Shown here one piece after another: positions 28,098 through 37,962 of a stretch of 64,000 nt of DNA. Origin of the DNA: an uncultured Myxococcales bacterium (GTDB taxonomy: Bacteria > Myxococcota_A > UBA9042 > DTJE01); contig CALJUR010000081.1 of assembly GCA_937975765.1 (NCBI GenBank), positions 1,706 to 65,705 of the forward strand. The letters are read 5' to 3'. The notes beneath the pieces are model-generated. The model did not search any database, had not been told where the DNA came from, and saw only the letters and a program-made list of their open reading frames with translations. Position numbers and translations under genes: made by a program. Positions within the stretch are counted from its first letter, which is position 1, and the number at the start of each line of letters is the position of its first letter.

Positions 28098-28982
28098 ATG
28101 CCCGACGCGCTGCTGTCGCTGTCCATCGACCTCGACGACCTGCGCTTCTACCGCGGCATCCACGCGCTGCCCCCCGAGGAGGACCGGCCGACGATCTTCG
28201 AGGCCGCCGTCCCGCGCTTCCTGGCCCTGTGCGAGCGGCTGGGGATGCGCGCGACCCTGTTCACCATCTCGGACGACCTGCGGTGGCCGGAGGCGGTGGC
28301 GGCGCTGCGGCAGGCGGTGGCCGCCGGGCACGAGGTCGGCAGCCACAGCGCGTCGCACTTCTACGACCTGTCCCGCCGCCCCCGGGACGTCCTCGACGCC
28401 GAGTTGGCCGGTTCACGGAAGGCCTTGCAGGACGCCCTGGGCGCCCCGGTGATCGGCTTCCGCGGGCCCGGGTACAACCTGACCGACGGACTGCTGGCAG
28501 CGCTGCACCGCGCGGGGTTCGCGTACGACACGTCGATCCTGCCGGCCCCGGCCTACTGGGCGGCCCGCGCCGCGGTCATCGCCTGGATGCGGCTGACCGG
28601 GAGGCGCAGTTCGTCCATCCCGGGGCGCGCGCGCGACTTCTTCCGGGGCCGGGCCCCGTTCGCGTGGGGACCCGCGGCGGGCGGGCTGAAGGAATACCCG
28701 ATCACGGCGTGCGGCATCGGCCGGCTGCCCCTGATCGGCACGACGATGGCGAAGGACGGGCTGCTGTCCCGCCACCTGGTGCGCCGGGCCTGCACCCTGC
28801 CCTTCGTGCACATCGAGTTCCACGCGCTGGACTTCCTGGACATCGGGATCGACGGGCTGGACCCGCGCCTTCAGATCGAGCCCGCCCTGCGCATCCCGCT
28901 GGACGACCGCCAGCAGACCTTCGAGGCCGCCCTGCGGCGCCTGGCGGGCAGCCACCGGCCGGTCCTTCTGCGGGACCTGTAG
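28098..28982 (+). CDS. Polysaccharide deacetylase (CE4 family)
   Basis: CE4-like motifs TISDD, HEVGSHSASH and LDTSI. The start ATG at 28098 has GGAGGA upstream. The listed ORF 27642.. is in a different upstream extension. Confidence 0.7.
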   Translation: MPDALLSLSIDLDDLRFYRGIHALPPEEDRPTIFEAAVPRFLALCERLGMRATLFTISDDLRWPEAVAALRQAVAAGHEVGSHSASHFYDLSRRPRDVLDAELAGSRKALQDALGAPVIGFRGPGYNLTDGLLAALHRAGFAYDTSILPAPAYWAARAAVIAWMRLTGRRSSSIPGRARDFFRGRAPFAWGPAAGGLKEYPITACGIGRLPLIGTTMAKDGLLSRHLVRRACTLPFVHIEFHALDFLDIGIDGLDPRLQIEPALRIPLDDRQQTFEAALRRLAGSHRPVLLRDL

Positions 28983-29069
28983 CCCGGATCGGCTCCCGCT
29001 GCCGGCCGTTGCATCGGGCCCTTCCTGTGGTACAACAGCCGTTCGGTTCCGCACGGGTGGAGAGGGACA

Positions 29070-31021
29070 TGCCGACGGACTTCGAGTTGCTGGCCGCGAT
29101 GCGGGGCGCGATGCACCCGCTGTCGCCCGGGTCCAGCGGCGGCTCGCACACCGAGGTCAAGGCGTTCGACCCGGCCGCGCTGGCCGAGGTGCTGGGCGAC
29201 CTGGCCGGCGCGAACGGTGCCCCGGTGGAGCCGGCCCGGGCCCTGGGGAGGCGGATCGCGAAGCGCTTCCTGGTCAAGGTCGGCAACATCTCGCGGTACG
29301 TGATCAAGTTGAAGGACGGGCGCGAATCGGTGATCCGGCGCCCCCTGACCTCGGAGGCCTTCGGGCCGACCGGGTACAACCTGGCGCCGACGCTGGACAA
29401 GGTGTTCGTGGACGCCCGGGAGGCGGTGCGCGAGATCCCCTACCTGGGCAGCGGGGAGGCCTCCCGGCAGTTCGCGCCGGACGTGCTGGAGTCGGCGCGT
29501 CGCGTGGTTTCCGGTCGTGGCGGGCCGGTCGGCGCGGACTCGACGTTCCTGGTCACGGAGGGCCAGGAGGGGCGGAGGAAGCACGACGCGTACGGGATCC
29601 TGTGCGACGACCCCTACTTCCCCCACGAGGTGAAGGATTTCGCGGCGCTGACGCGGTTCCAGGCCTACGTGCGCGAGCACCCCATGGACGTCGCGACGAC
29701 CGAGCGGCTGAGGATGTTCTTCGACGCCTCGATGACGGTCGGGGCCCGGGACGTCCTGCGCTTCCTGGAGGGCTCCCGGCACCCGGACCTGGGCTGGAAG
29801 GCCGCCGAGACCGTCCTGAAGTCGTGCTTCGCGACCCACGGGCACGAGAACTTCCTGCCGCCCGAGATCAACTACTACACGCACTCGATCGAGATGGACG
29901 CCGCGACGGCCCGCGCGATGGACCGGTCCAATCGGCGGACGGCCGCCGCCTTCGCGCGGTGGATGGTGGAGAGGCTGCCCTTCGCGTGGACCGCGGGCGT
30001 GCCGGACGCGGAACTGGAGGACGTGGCGGCCGGGATCCTGGCCCTGCATTTCGACTACCCGCTGTTCGAGGTGGAGCCCTACTCCGGCCTGCTGACGGCC
30101 ACGTCGATGCGCCTGGCCCTGCGCCTGGCCGTCGGCACCGCGCTGCACCTGAGCGGGCTGGAGGTTCCCGAACGCCGCAACCCGTTGACGCCCTCGCTGG
30201 CGGAGCGGTCGCGGGAAGTCGCGGCCTTCCTGGCCCGGCTGACCGGCGACCAGCGCTCGGGGGCGTGCAACGAGATCAACGGGATGCTGTGGGAGGTGGC
30301 CCTGCGCGGCGGGGTGCCGACGCCGGAGGGCACGGTGCTGGCGTACCACCGGCTGGACCGGACGTTCTACTCGTTCCAGGAGAAGGCCCAGCACGCGCTG
30401 GAGGGCCGGGGCCGCGTGCAGGACCTTCTGACGCTGGAGGACATGGTCTCGCCGCGCGGCGAGGAGGTGCTGGCGCGCCACCCGGAACTTCCCCGGCAAC
30501 TGGTGGTCTTCTTCACGCTGGTGTACCGGTACTTCCTGGAGACCGGCCACGTGCCGGACCTGCGGCCCGACGACGCGGGCATGGACCTGTTCGTGCGGGG
30601 CATCTGGGGCTACAAGACCCGCAACGTGCTGGTGGTGACGGGGACCGCGCCGGACGGACGGCCGATCAGCGCCGTCCGCTTCGTCGACAACAAGGACCAG
30701 TTCAAGCAGTACCGGCGCTGGGAGGACCGCGAGAAACCGCTGGGCCTGGTCAAGTACGGGCTGCGGATGGTCGCACCGCTGGTCCAGCCCGCGATGGAGC
30801 GGTCCATCGGGATGTACGTGGGCCGGGTCGCGAAGGCGGAAGGCGTGAAGGGGAACGGCGTGCCGGACGTGCCCGAGGCGCTGTCCCGGGCGACCCGCGA
30901 GGTGATGCGGACGGGCGTCGACGCGGCGCTGTCGCATACCGAGGCGTTCCTGCACGACGTCATCGACGACACCGCGGACGGGATCGAGCGCGCCCTGCAT
31001 GCCCTGCCGTGGCGCCGCTGA
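29070..31021 (+). CDS. Hypothetical cytoplasmic protein (about 650 aa), no recognised domain
   Basis: ATG at 29070 is preceded by GGAGAGGG. Long ORF with no signal peptide. It lies inside the glycan-modification-like cluster. No recognisable motif was found. Confidence 0.5.
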
Positions 31022-31046
31022 CGGGTGCAGCCGGATCGTCGCGCAT

Positions 31047-31075
31047 TTGGCGGGGTGCGCGTGGTCGGCTACAAT
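31047..31075 (+). promoter_or_regulatory. Sigma70-like promoter candidate (TTGGCG-17-TACAAT)
   Basis: Seen in sequence about 25 nt upstream of the GGAGGGG Shine-Dalgarno and the ATG at 31101. Confidence 0.35.
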
Positions 31076-31100
31076 GTTCCAGGACACGGAGGGGAACGCG

Positions 31101-31325
31101 ATGCGCAAGTTGTTCGCCATGCTGACGGTGGGGGTCGTGGCCGGGGGCCTGTTCCTCGCGGGATGCTCCGATGGATTCCCGGACTCCGCGCCCCCGTCGG
31201 GCAACCTGAAGATCAACAACGGCGCCACGAACAAGGCCGCCTTCAACAACCCGAACAAGGGCCAGTACACGTTCCCGGACGCCCATCTCACGGACGTCGA
31301 GGAAGACGGGGCCGAGGAGCCTTGA
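31101..31325 (+). CDS. Small lipoprotein (74 aa)
   Basis: MRKLFAMLTVGVVAGGLFLAGCSDG (lipobox). Strong Shine-Dalgarno and candidate promoter upstream. Confidence 0.5.
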   Translation: MRKLFAMLTVGVVAGGLFLAGCSDGFPDSAPPSGNLKINNGATNKAAFNNPNKGQYTFPDAHLTDVEEDGAEEP

Positions 31326-31384
31326 TCCCCGGGGGTCGCCTGGCCGGTCCCGTTCCGCCCCCGCCCGACGCGGAGAAGGCCCCG

Positions 31385-32029
31385 ATGGCCCGATGCCGAA
31401 CCTCCGTCCTGCTGCGACTGGCACTGCTGGCGTCCGCTCTCGTCGCCGCCGCGACCGGGTGCCGTTCCAGGGAGCCGGACCAGAACACCCCGTCGGGAAC
31501 CTACGCCGCGTACCGCGAGGCCCGTGAACGCGGGGACTTCCAGGCCATCTACGACCTGCTGGTCACGCAGGTGCGGGAACAGATCGCCGTGATCCACCGG
31601 AACGTCCGGGAGGCGTCCCGGCTGATCGAGACGGGGTACCCGGTCGCGATGAAGGCGCAGGCCCTGGCGGACCTGGGCCCGGAGCCCGTCCGCAACGCGG
31701 CTACCCCCGCCGCGTACTACGCGGAACTGTGCCGCATCAGCGAGGCCAACCAGGATGTCTCCCTGTCCATGGCGGCACGCTGGTCCGCCGAGGTGAAGAC
31801 GATCCGCGAGGACCCGCCGGGGTCCGGCAAGTACGTGGTCAGCCCCATGTCCGGGGCCGTGGTGGAATTGTTCCGCGAGGAGGACGGCAGGGTGCACATG
31901 GTCCCGGCCCGCAAGGACCTGTCCCTGATCGGCCGCGAATACACCCGTTCGTTCGAGCGCCTGGAGGCCGTCCGGGAGGGCATCAAGACCTTCCGCTCGC
32001 CGGACTCCAGGACCGCCCCGACACCGTGA
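31385..32029 (+). CDS. Lipoprotein (hypothetical)
   Basis: MARCRTSVLLRLALLASALVAAATGCRS lipobox signal. The listed ORF was trimmed from 31025. Confidence 0.5.
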   Translation: MARCRTSVLLRLALLASALVAAATGCRSREPDQNTPSGTYAAYREARERGDFQAIYDLLVTQVREQIAVIHRNVREASRLIETGYPVAMKAQALADLGPEPVRNAATPAAYYAELCRISEANQDVSLSMAARWSAEVKTIREDPPGSGKYVVSPMSGAVVELFREEDGRVHMVPARKDLSLIGREYTRSFERLEAVREGIKTFRSPDSRTAPTP

Positions 32030-32066
32030 GGTCCCCCTGGAAGCGCGTTCTCGCCCGAGTGGTTCC

Positions 32067-32948
32067 ATGGTGCGGTCCTGCGTCGTGCTGTCCTGCGCCG
32101 TGCTGGTCGCCGCAGGCTGCGCCGGCCCGTCCCGGGCGGTGAAGCAGCCGCCCCGGGAGACGCTGCCCGAGTGGGAGACGCCCCCGATCCCCGAGTCGAT
32201 GCGGCCGGCGGCCCCGGTCGAGCCCCAGCCCGCCCCGGCACGGCCGGCAACCAAGGGACTCGTCGAGGCCCAGGCCCTGGAGGAGGACGACCCGTCCGTG
32301 CGGGTGCTGTCGTTCGTGACGCCAGGCGGCCGGCCCGTCACGCTGCGCTACAAGCAGAGGGCCAGTTCGGTCGGCAAGCCGAACCGCGGGCACCTGGAGA
32401 ACGGCCGGTGCATTCCCGAAAAGGGGCCGGGGTACGTGCACCGGGGGCAGGCCTCGTGCGGGACCGAGGAGACCGTGATGCTGGTGCAGTTCGCCCTGGG
32501 AGAACTGCTGCGCGAGCACCCCGACACCGTGCCCGTCGTGATCGGCGCACTGTCGATGCCCGCCGGGGGTCGGCTGAGCCCGCACAAGTCCCACCGCAGC
32601 GGGCGCGACATCGATTTCGGGTTCTTCCGCCGGGGCAACGTCCCGATGCGGACCTTCGAGAACCTCGCGCCAGACCAGATCGACTTCGACAAGTCGTGGA
32701 TGCTGATGGCGAACCTGATCGCCACCGGCCGCGTGCAGAACATCTACGTCAACTATTCGCTGCAGCCGCGGCTGATGCAGGCCGCCCGGAACATGGGCTA
32801 CGACGATGCGCAACTGTCGTGGCTGTTCGAGTACCCGCGCGGGCGCAGGTCCCGCACCGGCGTGGTGCGGCACGCCAAGGGCCACACGCGGCACTTCCAC
32901 GTGCGGTTCGTTTGCCCGGCGGGGGACGGGAACTGCAGCGAGTGGTAG
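32067..32948 (+). CDS. Penicillin-insensitive murein endopeptidase-like lipoprotein (MepA/peptidase M74-like)
   Basis: Lipobox VLVAAGCAG. The block SHRSGRDIDFGF plus HFHVRF resembles the metal-binding H-x-S-H-x-x-G-x-D and HxH motifs of MepA-type LAS peptidases. Confidence 0.65.
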   Translation: MVRSCVVLSCAVLVAAGCAGPSRAVKQPPRETLPEWETPPIPESMRPAAPVEPQPAPARPATKGLVEAQALEEDDPSVRVLSFVTPGGRPVTLRYKQRASSVGKPNRGHLENGRCIPEKGPGYVHRGQASCGTEETVMLVQFALGELLREHPDTVPVVIGALSMPAGGRLSPHKSHRSGRDIDFGFFRRGNVPMRTFENLAPDQIDFDKSWMLMANLIATGRVQNIYVNYSLQPRLMQAARNMGYDDAQLSWLFEYPRGRRSRTGVVRHAKGHTRHFHVRFVCPAGDGNCSEW

Positions 32949-33010
32949 GTGGACCAGGAGGCGGGGGACGGGGCCCCACTTGTACGATGGCGGGGGACGG
33001 GGCCCCCGCC

Positions 33011-34861
33011 CTACTTCTTCAGTTCGGATAGGCGCTTCTGCACGTTCCTGACCTGGAAGGCGTTCAGCACCAGCACCAGGTCCCGGAAGCCCGGGACGCC
33101 CGAGACGATGGCGTAGGGGTCGCCGTCCTTCTTCTCGGCGAAGACCTTCAGCACCCGCCGGCTGCCGTCCGAGAGGCCCACCGAGAGGGTCAGTTCGGGC
33201 CGCCCCGAAGCCGCCTTGCGGGCCGCCGCATCCGTCGCGATCGCCTTGGCCGAGAAGCCCGCCAGCGTGCCGATCAGCGTGCCGACCGTCTCGACCTTCA
33301 GGTCGTTGGTCGCCTGCGGCTTCGTCGCCCGCCACGCCTTGTCCGGCGATTTCGCGCCCGGCACGAACTCCAGCACCACCGTCTCGTCCGGGTGCGCGAT
33401 CTCGATGCTCTGCACCTGCGCCAGGTCGAAGTCGAAGAAGGTCTTCTCGCGCAGGTCGTCCGGCCCCTTGCGGATCCGCGCCAGCGCCCAGGCCGGCAGC
33501 GTCGCCAGGTCCGGGGCCCCGTCCATCGAGACGAACCGCGTGCCGGCCCCCTTCTCGGCCCCCACCCTCAACTGGTGCCGGCGGCCGTCCCTGGTCGCCA
33601 CGGACAGCGTCATGACGGGCCGGTCCAGCCCCGCCTGCACCCCCGCCTGCTGCGACGGCGGCAGGAACGCGTCCGCCTTCAGGTTCTCGATCTCGGTCAG
33701 CAGCGACTCCACCGGCGACCGCCCCAGCGGCAGTCCCTTCGGGGTCAGCGCCTTGAACCCGTTGCCCTCCCTTTCGAACGACACCTTCCGCTCGCCGTCC
33801 ACCAGGTCCACGGCCAGGATGGCGTCCCGGGTGGTCCCGAACAGCCTCCGGTCCCGCAGGTCGCCGGAATGCTTGCGAACCTGATCCGCGACGTACTTCG
33901 CGACCTTCACGTAGCCGGTCGCGCCCTCCACGGCCAGGTAGGCCGCGTCGTCCTTCGGGGCGCCGGCCCGCATCGCGACCGCACGCCCGTCCTCCAGCAC
34001 CAGGCGCAGCGAGTATGCGTCGTCCCCCAGGGCCACGCCCGCGGGCAGCGCGTCCAGGTACTCCTGGGCGTAGATCCCGGCCACTGCCGACAGGAACGCC
34101 TGCACGTCCCCTGCCGCCAGGCCTTCCGGGGCCTCGAAGCGCCAGGACCGCTCCTTGCGCGACGCATCGCCCTCCTTCGCGGCTGGCGGTTCCCCCGCCA
34201 CCAGCCGGATGTCCCGGTCGATCGCGTCGGGCGCGGCCGGGTCCCGGATCTCGATCCGGGTCACGTCCGCCACGTCGAACGCGAACACCTTCCGGTCGCG
34301 CAGCCCCTTCACGCCCCCCTCGAACGGGCGCCGCAGGTCGCGGCCCAGCACGCGCCACACGCGGTCGAGGCCCCCGACCCTCACGAAGCTGTCGGTCTCG
34401 GCGCTGCCGCCCTTCTCCGGCTTCGGCGCCACGCCGATGTCCAGCACCGTCGTCGCGCCCTCCGGCCGGTGGAACGTGACCCGCACGCGCCGGGCGTCGT
34501 CCAGCCCGAACGCCTCCAGGTCCGCCGCCTTCGGCGAGGACGACACCACGGAGACCAGGTCCTCGCGCAGCAGTTCCACGATCTGACGGACCTTGTACTT
34601 GTCGGGCCGGGCCCCCTCGGGCGGCGTCATCGACCAGGACTTGTCGGCACCGCGGACCAGCGTCGCCACCTGGCCGCCGGTCTCGACCTCGATCCGGTCG
34701 AACGGCGCGTCCTCCTCCGCCTTCTCGGACTTCCCGCCCGGCGCCCATCCCGGCAGCCGCAGTTCAACGTGCCCGCCGCCCGACGGCCAGAACGCGATCG
34801 CCAGCACCAGCACCGCCAGCCCGCCGAAGGCCAGCAGCAGGAATCGGCTCTTCCGGTTCAT
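33011..34861 (-). CDS. DUF4340-type periplasmic protein associated with Gld-like ABC systems
   Basis: N-terminal TM anchor MNRKSRFLLLAFGGLAVLVLAIAF. Last gene of the ABC operon. Repeated beta-rich modules. Confidence 0.65.
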   Translation of the reverse strand: MNRKSRFLLLAFGGLAVLVLAIAFWPSGGGHVELRLPGWAPGGKSEKAEEDAPFDRIEVETGGQVATLVRGADKSWSMTPPEGARPDKYKVRQIVELLREDLVSVVSSSPKAADLEAFGLDDARRVRVTFHRPEGATTVLDIGVAPKPEKGGSAETDSFVRVGGLDRVWRVLGRDLRRPFEGGVKGLRDRKVFAFDVADVTRIEIRDPAAPDAIDRDIRLVAGEPPAAKEGDASRKERSWRFEAPEGLAAGDVQAFLSAVAGIYAQEYLDALPAGVALGDDAYSLRLVLEDGRAVAMRAGAPKDDAAYLAVEGATGYVKVAKYVADQVRKHSGDLRDRRLFGTTRDAILAVDLVDGERKVSFEREGNGFKALTPKGLPLGRSPVESLLTEIENLKADAFLPPSQQAGVQAGLDRPVMTLSVATRDGRRHQLRVGAEKGAGTRFVSMDGAPDLATLPAWALARIRKGPDDLREKTFFDFDLAQVQSIEIAHPDETVVLEFVPGAKSPDKAWRATKPQATNDLKVETVGTLIGTLAGFSAKAIATDAAARKAASGRPELTLSVGLSDGSRRVLKVFAEKKDGDPYAIVSGVPGFRDLVLVLNAFQVRNVQKRLSELKK

Positions 34862-34862
34862 G

Positions 34863-37205
34863 TCACGACCTCCGCCGCCGCGAGACCAGCCGCAGCACGC
34901 CGGCCAGCGCGAGCAGCAGCGGCAGGCCGACGATGAAGGAGACCTGCAGCACCGTTCGCACCGGGCCCGACACCGCCTGGATCGGGCGCTTGACGTACCC
35001 CTTGGAACGGATGTCGACCAGGGCCTCGTTCTGGATGCCCCAGTCCAGGCAGTTGAACAGGAAGTCCAGGTTCGCCTGCACCACTGGCGACAACTGGGTC
35101 AGCCGCAACTGCCAGTTCTGGAAGTTCGCGATGTAGTCCCTCAACTGCAGGAAGAAGTCCGCCTTGCCCGAGGTCAACTGGTTCATGTTGAACCCGTCGA
35201 ACACCTTGCCGGTGGACAGGTTCTCCAGGCCCAGGTTGGACCCGACGACCAGCAGCCGGCCGTTGCCGCTCGCCACGAAGGGCCGGTCCGTCCCCTTCTT
35301 GCCCTCGGCCCGCGGCGGCACCGCCTTGCCCTCGAAGAACGACGGGAACTCGCCCTTGATCGCCACCGCCACGGCCTTCGGCCCGTTGGGCGCCATCGTC
35401 GACAACTGCCGCAGCAGGTACGGCGGCGACAGCTCGACGGATTCGGTGGACGCGGTGGCCTCCTTCGAGGTCCGGATCAGCTCGACCACCTGCCGGTTCG
35501 GGTCGTTGCGGGCCGCATCCGTGACCGCCAGCGTCGAGGCGTAGGGCAGCGTCACGGCCGACAGGCGCTTGACCAGCACGTGGCTGCGGTCCAGGTCGGT
35601 GAACGTCGGCAGCAGCGGGAACGGGAACTGGCGCTGGCTCTGCAGCGTGTACTGCCCCTGCTTCTGCAGTTGCAGGATCGTGATGTCCGCGAAGTCCTTC
35701 TTCTCGACGACGATGTCCCGGTTCGGCTGCACGCCGTAGTGCGCCAGCATCGCGTCCAGGTTCGTCGGGTAGGCCTCGCGGTGCAGGTCGTCCACCGTCA
35801 TGTCCGCCGGGTCCATGCTGTCGCCGCCCTTCTTGAAGTTGTAGACCGCGACGTCCCAGGTGTTCAGGAACACGATGACCGACCGGCCCGACAGCAGGAA
35901 CTGGTCGATCAGGTACTGGTCGCGATCGGACAGCGGCTTCTGGGGGCCGTACACCACCAGCACCTCGACGTCGTCCGGAATGTCGTCGCCCGGGTCGATG
36001 CGCTTGACGGTCAGGCCCTTGCGGGTGAACAGGCCGCGGCGGATCTGCTCGTTGACGGTGTTGATCTGGTCCTCGATGGCCTTGGCCTGGCCCGCGAACT
36101 GCTGCACCAGCGGGTTGTTCTGGCCCAGCATCTGCAGGATCTCGGGGCGCAGCAGGGGCGTCGAGTCGGCGAACGGGCAGAACTCGCGGTGCCCGCAAAG
36201 GAACCCGATCGACTTGCGCCCGGGGGAATTCACCAGGGTCTCGCCGTCGCGGGCCAGCAGGTCGTACAGCTGCCGCAGGCGTTCGATCACCGCCGGCAGG
36301 TCCTTGCCGTCGCCCTGCGGGTCCGCCAGTTGCCGGCCGGCCTCGTCCACCATCTGCACGTAGGCGCGCGCCGTCTGGGCCAGCTGGTCCAGGTACTCGT
36401 TGCGGTCCTTCAGCACGGCCAGCTTGGCCACCTCGCCCGCCACCGCGTCGCACGTCTTCTTGAACTCGACCATGTCGGCACGCAGGTTCGACACCAGGTC
36501 GCCGCCGCCCACCAGGGCCGACAGGCCGCCCGCACCGCCGTCCTCCTTCCTGTCGTAGGAGTCCAGCTTCTCGTCGCAGGCCTTTGCCGCCGCGGTGACG
36601 GCCGCGCCCGCGTCCAGCAGGTCGCGCATGCCGGCGGACTGCTGGTACTTCTCCTTCAGGCGCAGCAGGATCTTCGTGATCTCGAACTCGAAGTACTCGG
36701 GCTCCAGCGCCAGCGGGTAGACCTCCATCTGGTTGCGGTACTGGAAGGTCGCGCCCAGGGCGTACTTGCGGAACTCCAGCCGGCCGCCCTCGACCGCCGC
36801 CTCCTTGCCCGTGAACAGTTCCAGCCGCGCCTTCTCGGCCTTGCCCTCCACGTCGTCCGTCACCCGGGTGACGCGCAGGTTGCCGCCGCTGTATGACTGG
36901 TACTCCGCCAGCTTGTCCAGGAACTCGCGGGCCACGCCGCGGATGTCGCGCTGGCGCCCGAAGCCCAGGTCCAGCGATCCGGGCAGGTCCGCCGACACGA
37001 ACACCTGCACGTCCACCTGTTCCAGGTCGCCGGCCGCCTGCCGGCTGACGTCGGACAGCGTGTACTGCCGGTTCTGCGTCAGGTCCGCGCGGCCGAACGC
37101 CCACACGCCCAGCACGTTGACCAGCACCAGGATGCCCAGCACCGACCCCGTCACCACCCACGCGTTGGTCCGCGCGGAACGACCGCTCTTCGTCTGCGTC
37201 GCCAT
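34863..37205 (-). CDS. GldG-like ABC-transport accessory protein (ABC-type uncharacterised transport system)
   Basis: N-terminal TM helix and a large periplasmic region with the conserved Gldg-family middle block (VLVVYGPQKPLSDRDQYLIDQFLLSGRSVIVFL). Its stop is adjacent to the next gene start (34861/34863). Confidence 0.7.
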   Translation of the reverse strand: MATQTKSGRSARTNAWVVTGSVLGILVLVNVLGVWAFGRADLTQNRQYTLSDVSRQAAGDLEQVDVQVFVSADLPGSLDLGFGRQRDIRGVAREFLDKLAEYQSYSGGNLRVTRVTDDVEGKAEKARLELFTGKEAAVEGGRLEFRKYALGATFQYRNQMEVYPLALEPEYFEFEITKILLRLKEKYQQSAGMRDLLDAGAAVTAAAKACDEKLDSYDRKEDGGAGGLSALVGGGDLVSNLRADMVEFKKTCDAVAGEVAKLAVLKDRNEYLDQLAQTARAYVQMVDEAGRQLADPQGDGKDLPAVIERLRQLYDLLARDGETLVNSPGRKSIGFLCGHREFCPFADSTPLLRPEILQMLGQNNPLVQQFAGQAKAIEDQINTVNEQIRRGLFTRKGLTVKRIDPGDDIPDDVEVLVVYGPQKPLSDRDQYLIDQFLLSGRSVIVFLNTWDVAVYNFKKGGDSMDPADMTVDDLHREAYPTNLDAMLAHYGVQPNRDIVVEKKDFADITILQLQKQGQYTLQSQRQFPFPLLPTFTDLDRSHVLVKRLSAVTLPYASTLAVTDAARNDPNRQVVELIRTSKEATASTESVELSPPYLLRQLSTMAPNGPKAVAVAIKGEFPSFFEGKAVPPRAEGKKGTDRPFVASGNGRLLVVGSNLGLENLSTGKVFDGFNMNQLTSGKADFFLQLRDYIANFQNWQLRLTQLSPVVQANLDFLFNCLDWGIQNEALVDIRSKGYVKRPIQAVSGPVRTVLQVSFIVGLPLLLALAGVLRLVSRRRRS

Positions 37206-37214
37206 CGTCGCCTC

Positions 37215-37952
37215 CTACCGCCACTTCCGGGACTCGAGGGAGTGGCTGGCCAGCGCCACCGCGCCCACGATCACCGTCAGGAAGAACACGACGTCCCGGG
37301 TGTCGATCACTCCGCGCGCGATCGACCGGAAGTGCGCGTTGAACGACATCAGGTTCGCGGCCTCCATCTGCCGCAGGCCGACCGCCTCGGGCAGCCGGTC
37401 CACGAACGTGAAGGCCGCGCAGATCAGGATGGCCACCAGGAAGGCCGTGATCTGGCTGCCCGTCCAGGCCGACGCCAGCAGGCCGACCGCCAGGTAGGCG
37501 GCGCCGACCAGCAGCACGCCGAAGTAGCCGCCCACGATCGGGCCCGGGTCCGGGTTGCCCAGCACCGCGACCAGCAACGGGTAGGCCAGCGTCAGGCCGG
37601 TGGCGATCCCCAGGAAGCCCAACGCGCCCAGGAACTTGCCGGCGACCACCTCGGTCTCGGTGACCGGCAGCGTCAGCAGCAGTTCCAGGGTGCCCATTCG
37701 GCGCTCCTCGGCCAGCAGCCGCATCGAGATGGCCGGCAGGATGATCGTGAACAGGAAGACCATCCACTCGAACAGGGGGCGCAGGGTCGCCTCCCGGGCC
37801 TCGAAGAAGTCGTCCTTGGGCAGCAGGAAGGGGATCTCGAAGAAGAAGGTCACCCCCAGCAGGACCAGGAACACCGCGATCGCGATGTAGGCCACGGGCG
37901 ACCCGAAGTACGCGAAGAACTCCCGCCTCGCGATGGTCAGCACGTTGCGCAT
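37215..37952 (-). CDS. ABC-2 type transporter permease (GldF-like)
   Basis: Six predicted TM helices and the typical ABC-2 permease architecture. It sits immediately downstream of the ATPase. Confidence 0.8.
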   Translation of the reverse strand: MRNVLTIARREFFAYFGSPVAYIAIAVFLVLLGVTFFFEIPFLLPKDDFFEAREATLRPLFEWMVFLFTIILPAISMRLLAEERRMGTLELLLTLPVTETEVVAGKFLGALGFLGIATGLTLAYPLLVAVLGNPDPGPIVGGYFGVLLVGAAYLAVGLLASAWTGSQITAFLVAILICAAFTFVDRLPEAVGLRQMEAANLMSFNAHFRSIARGVIDTRDVVFFLTVIVGAVALASHSLESRKWR

Positions 37953-37962
37953 TTCCGCCTCC

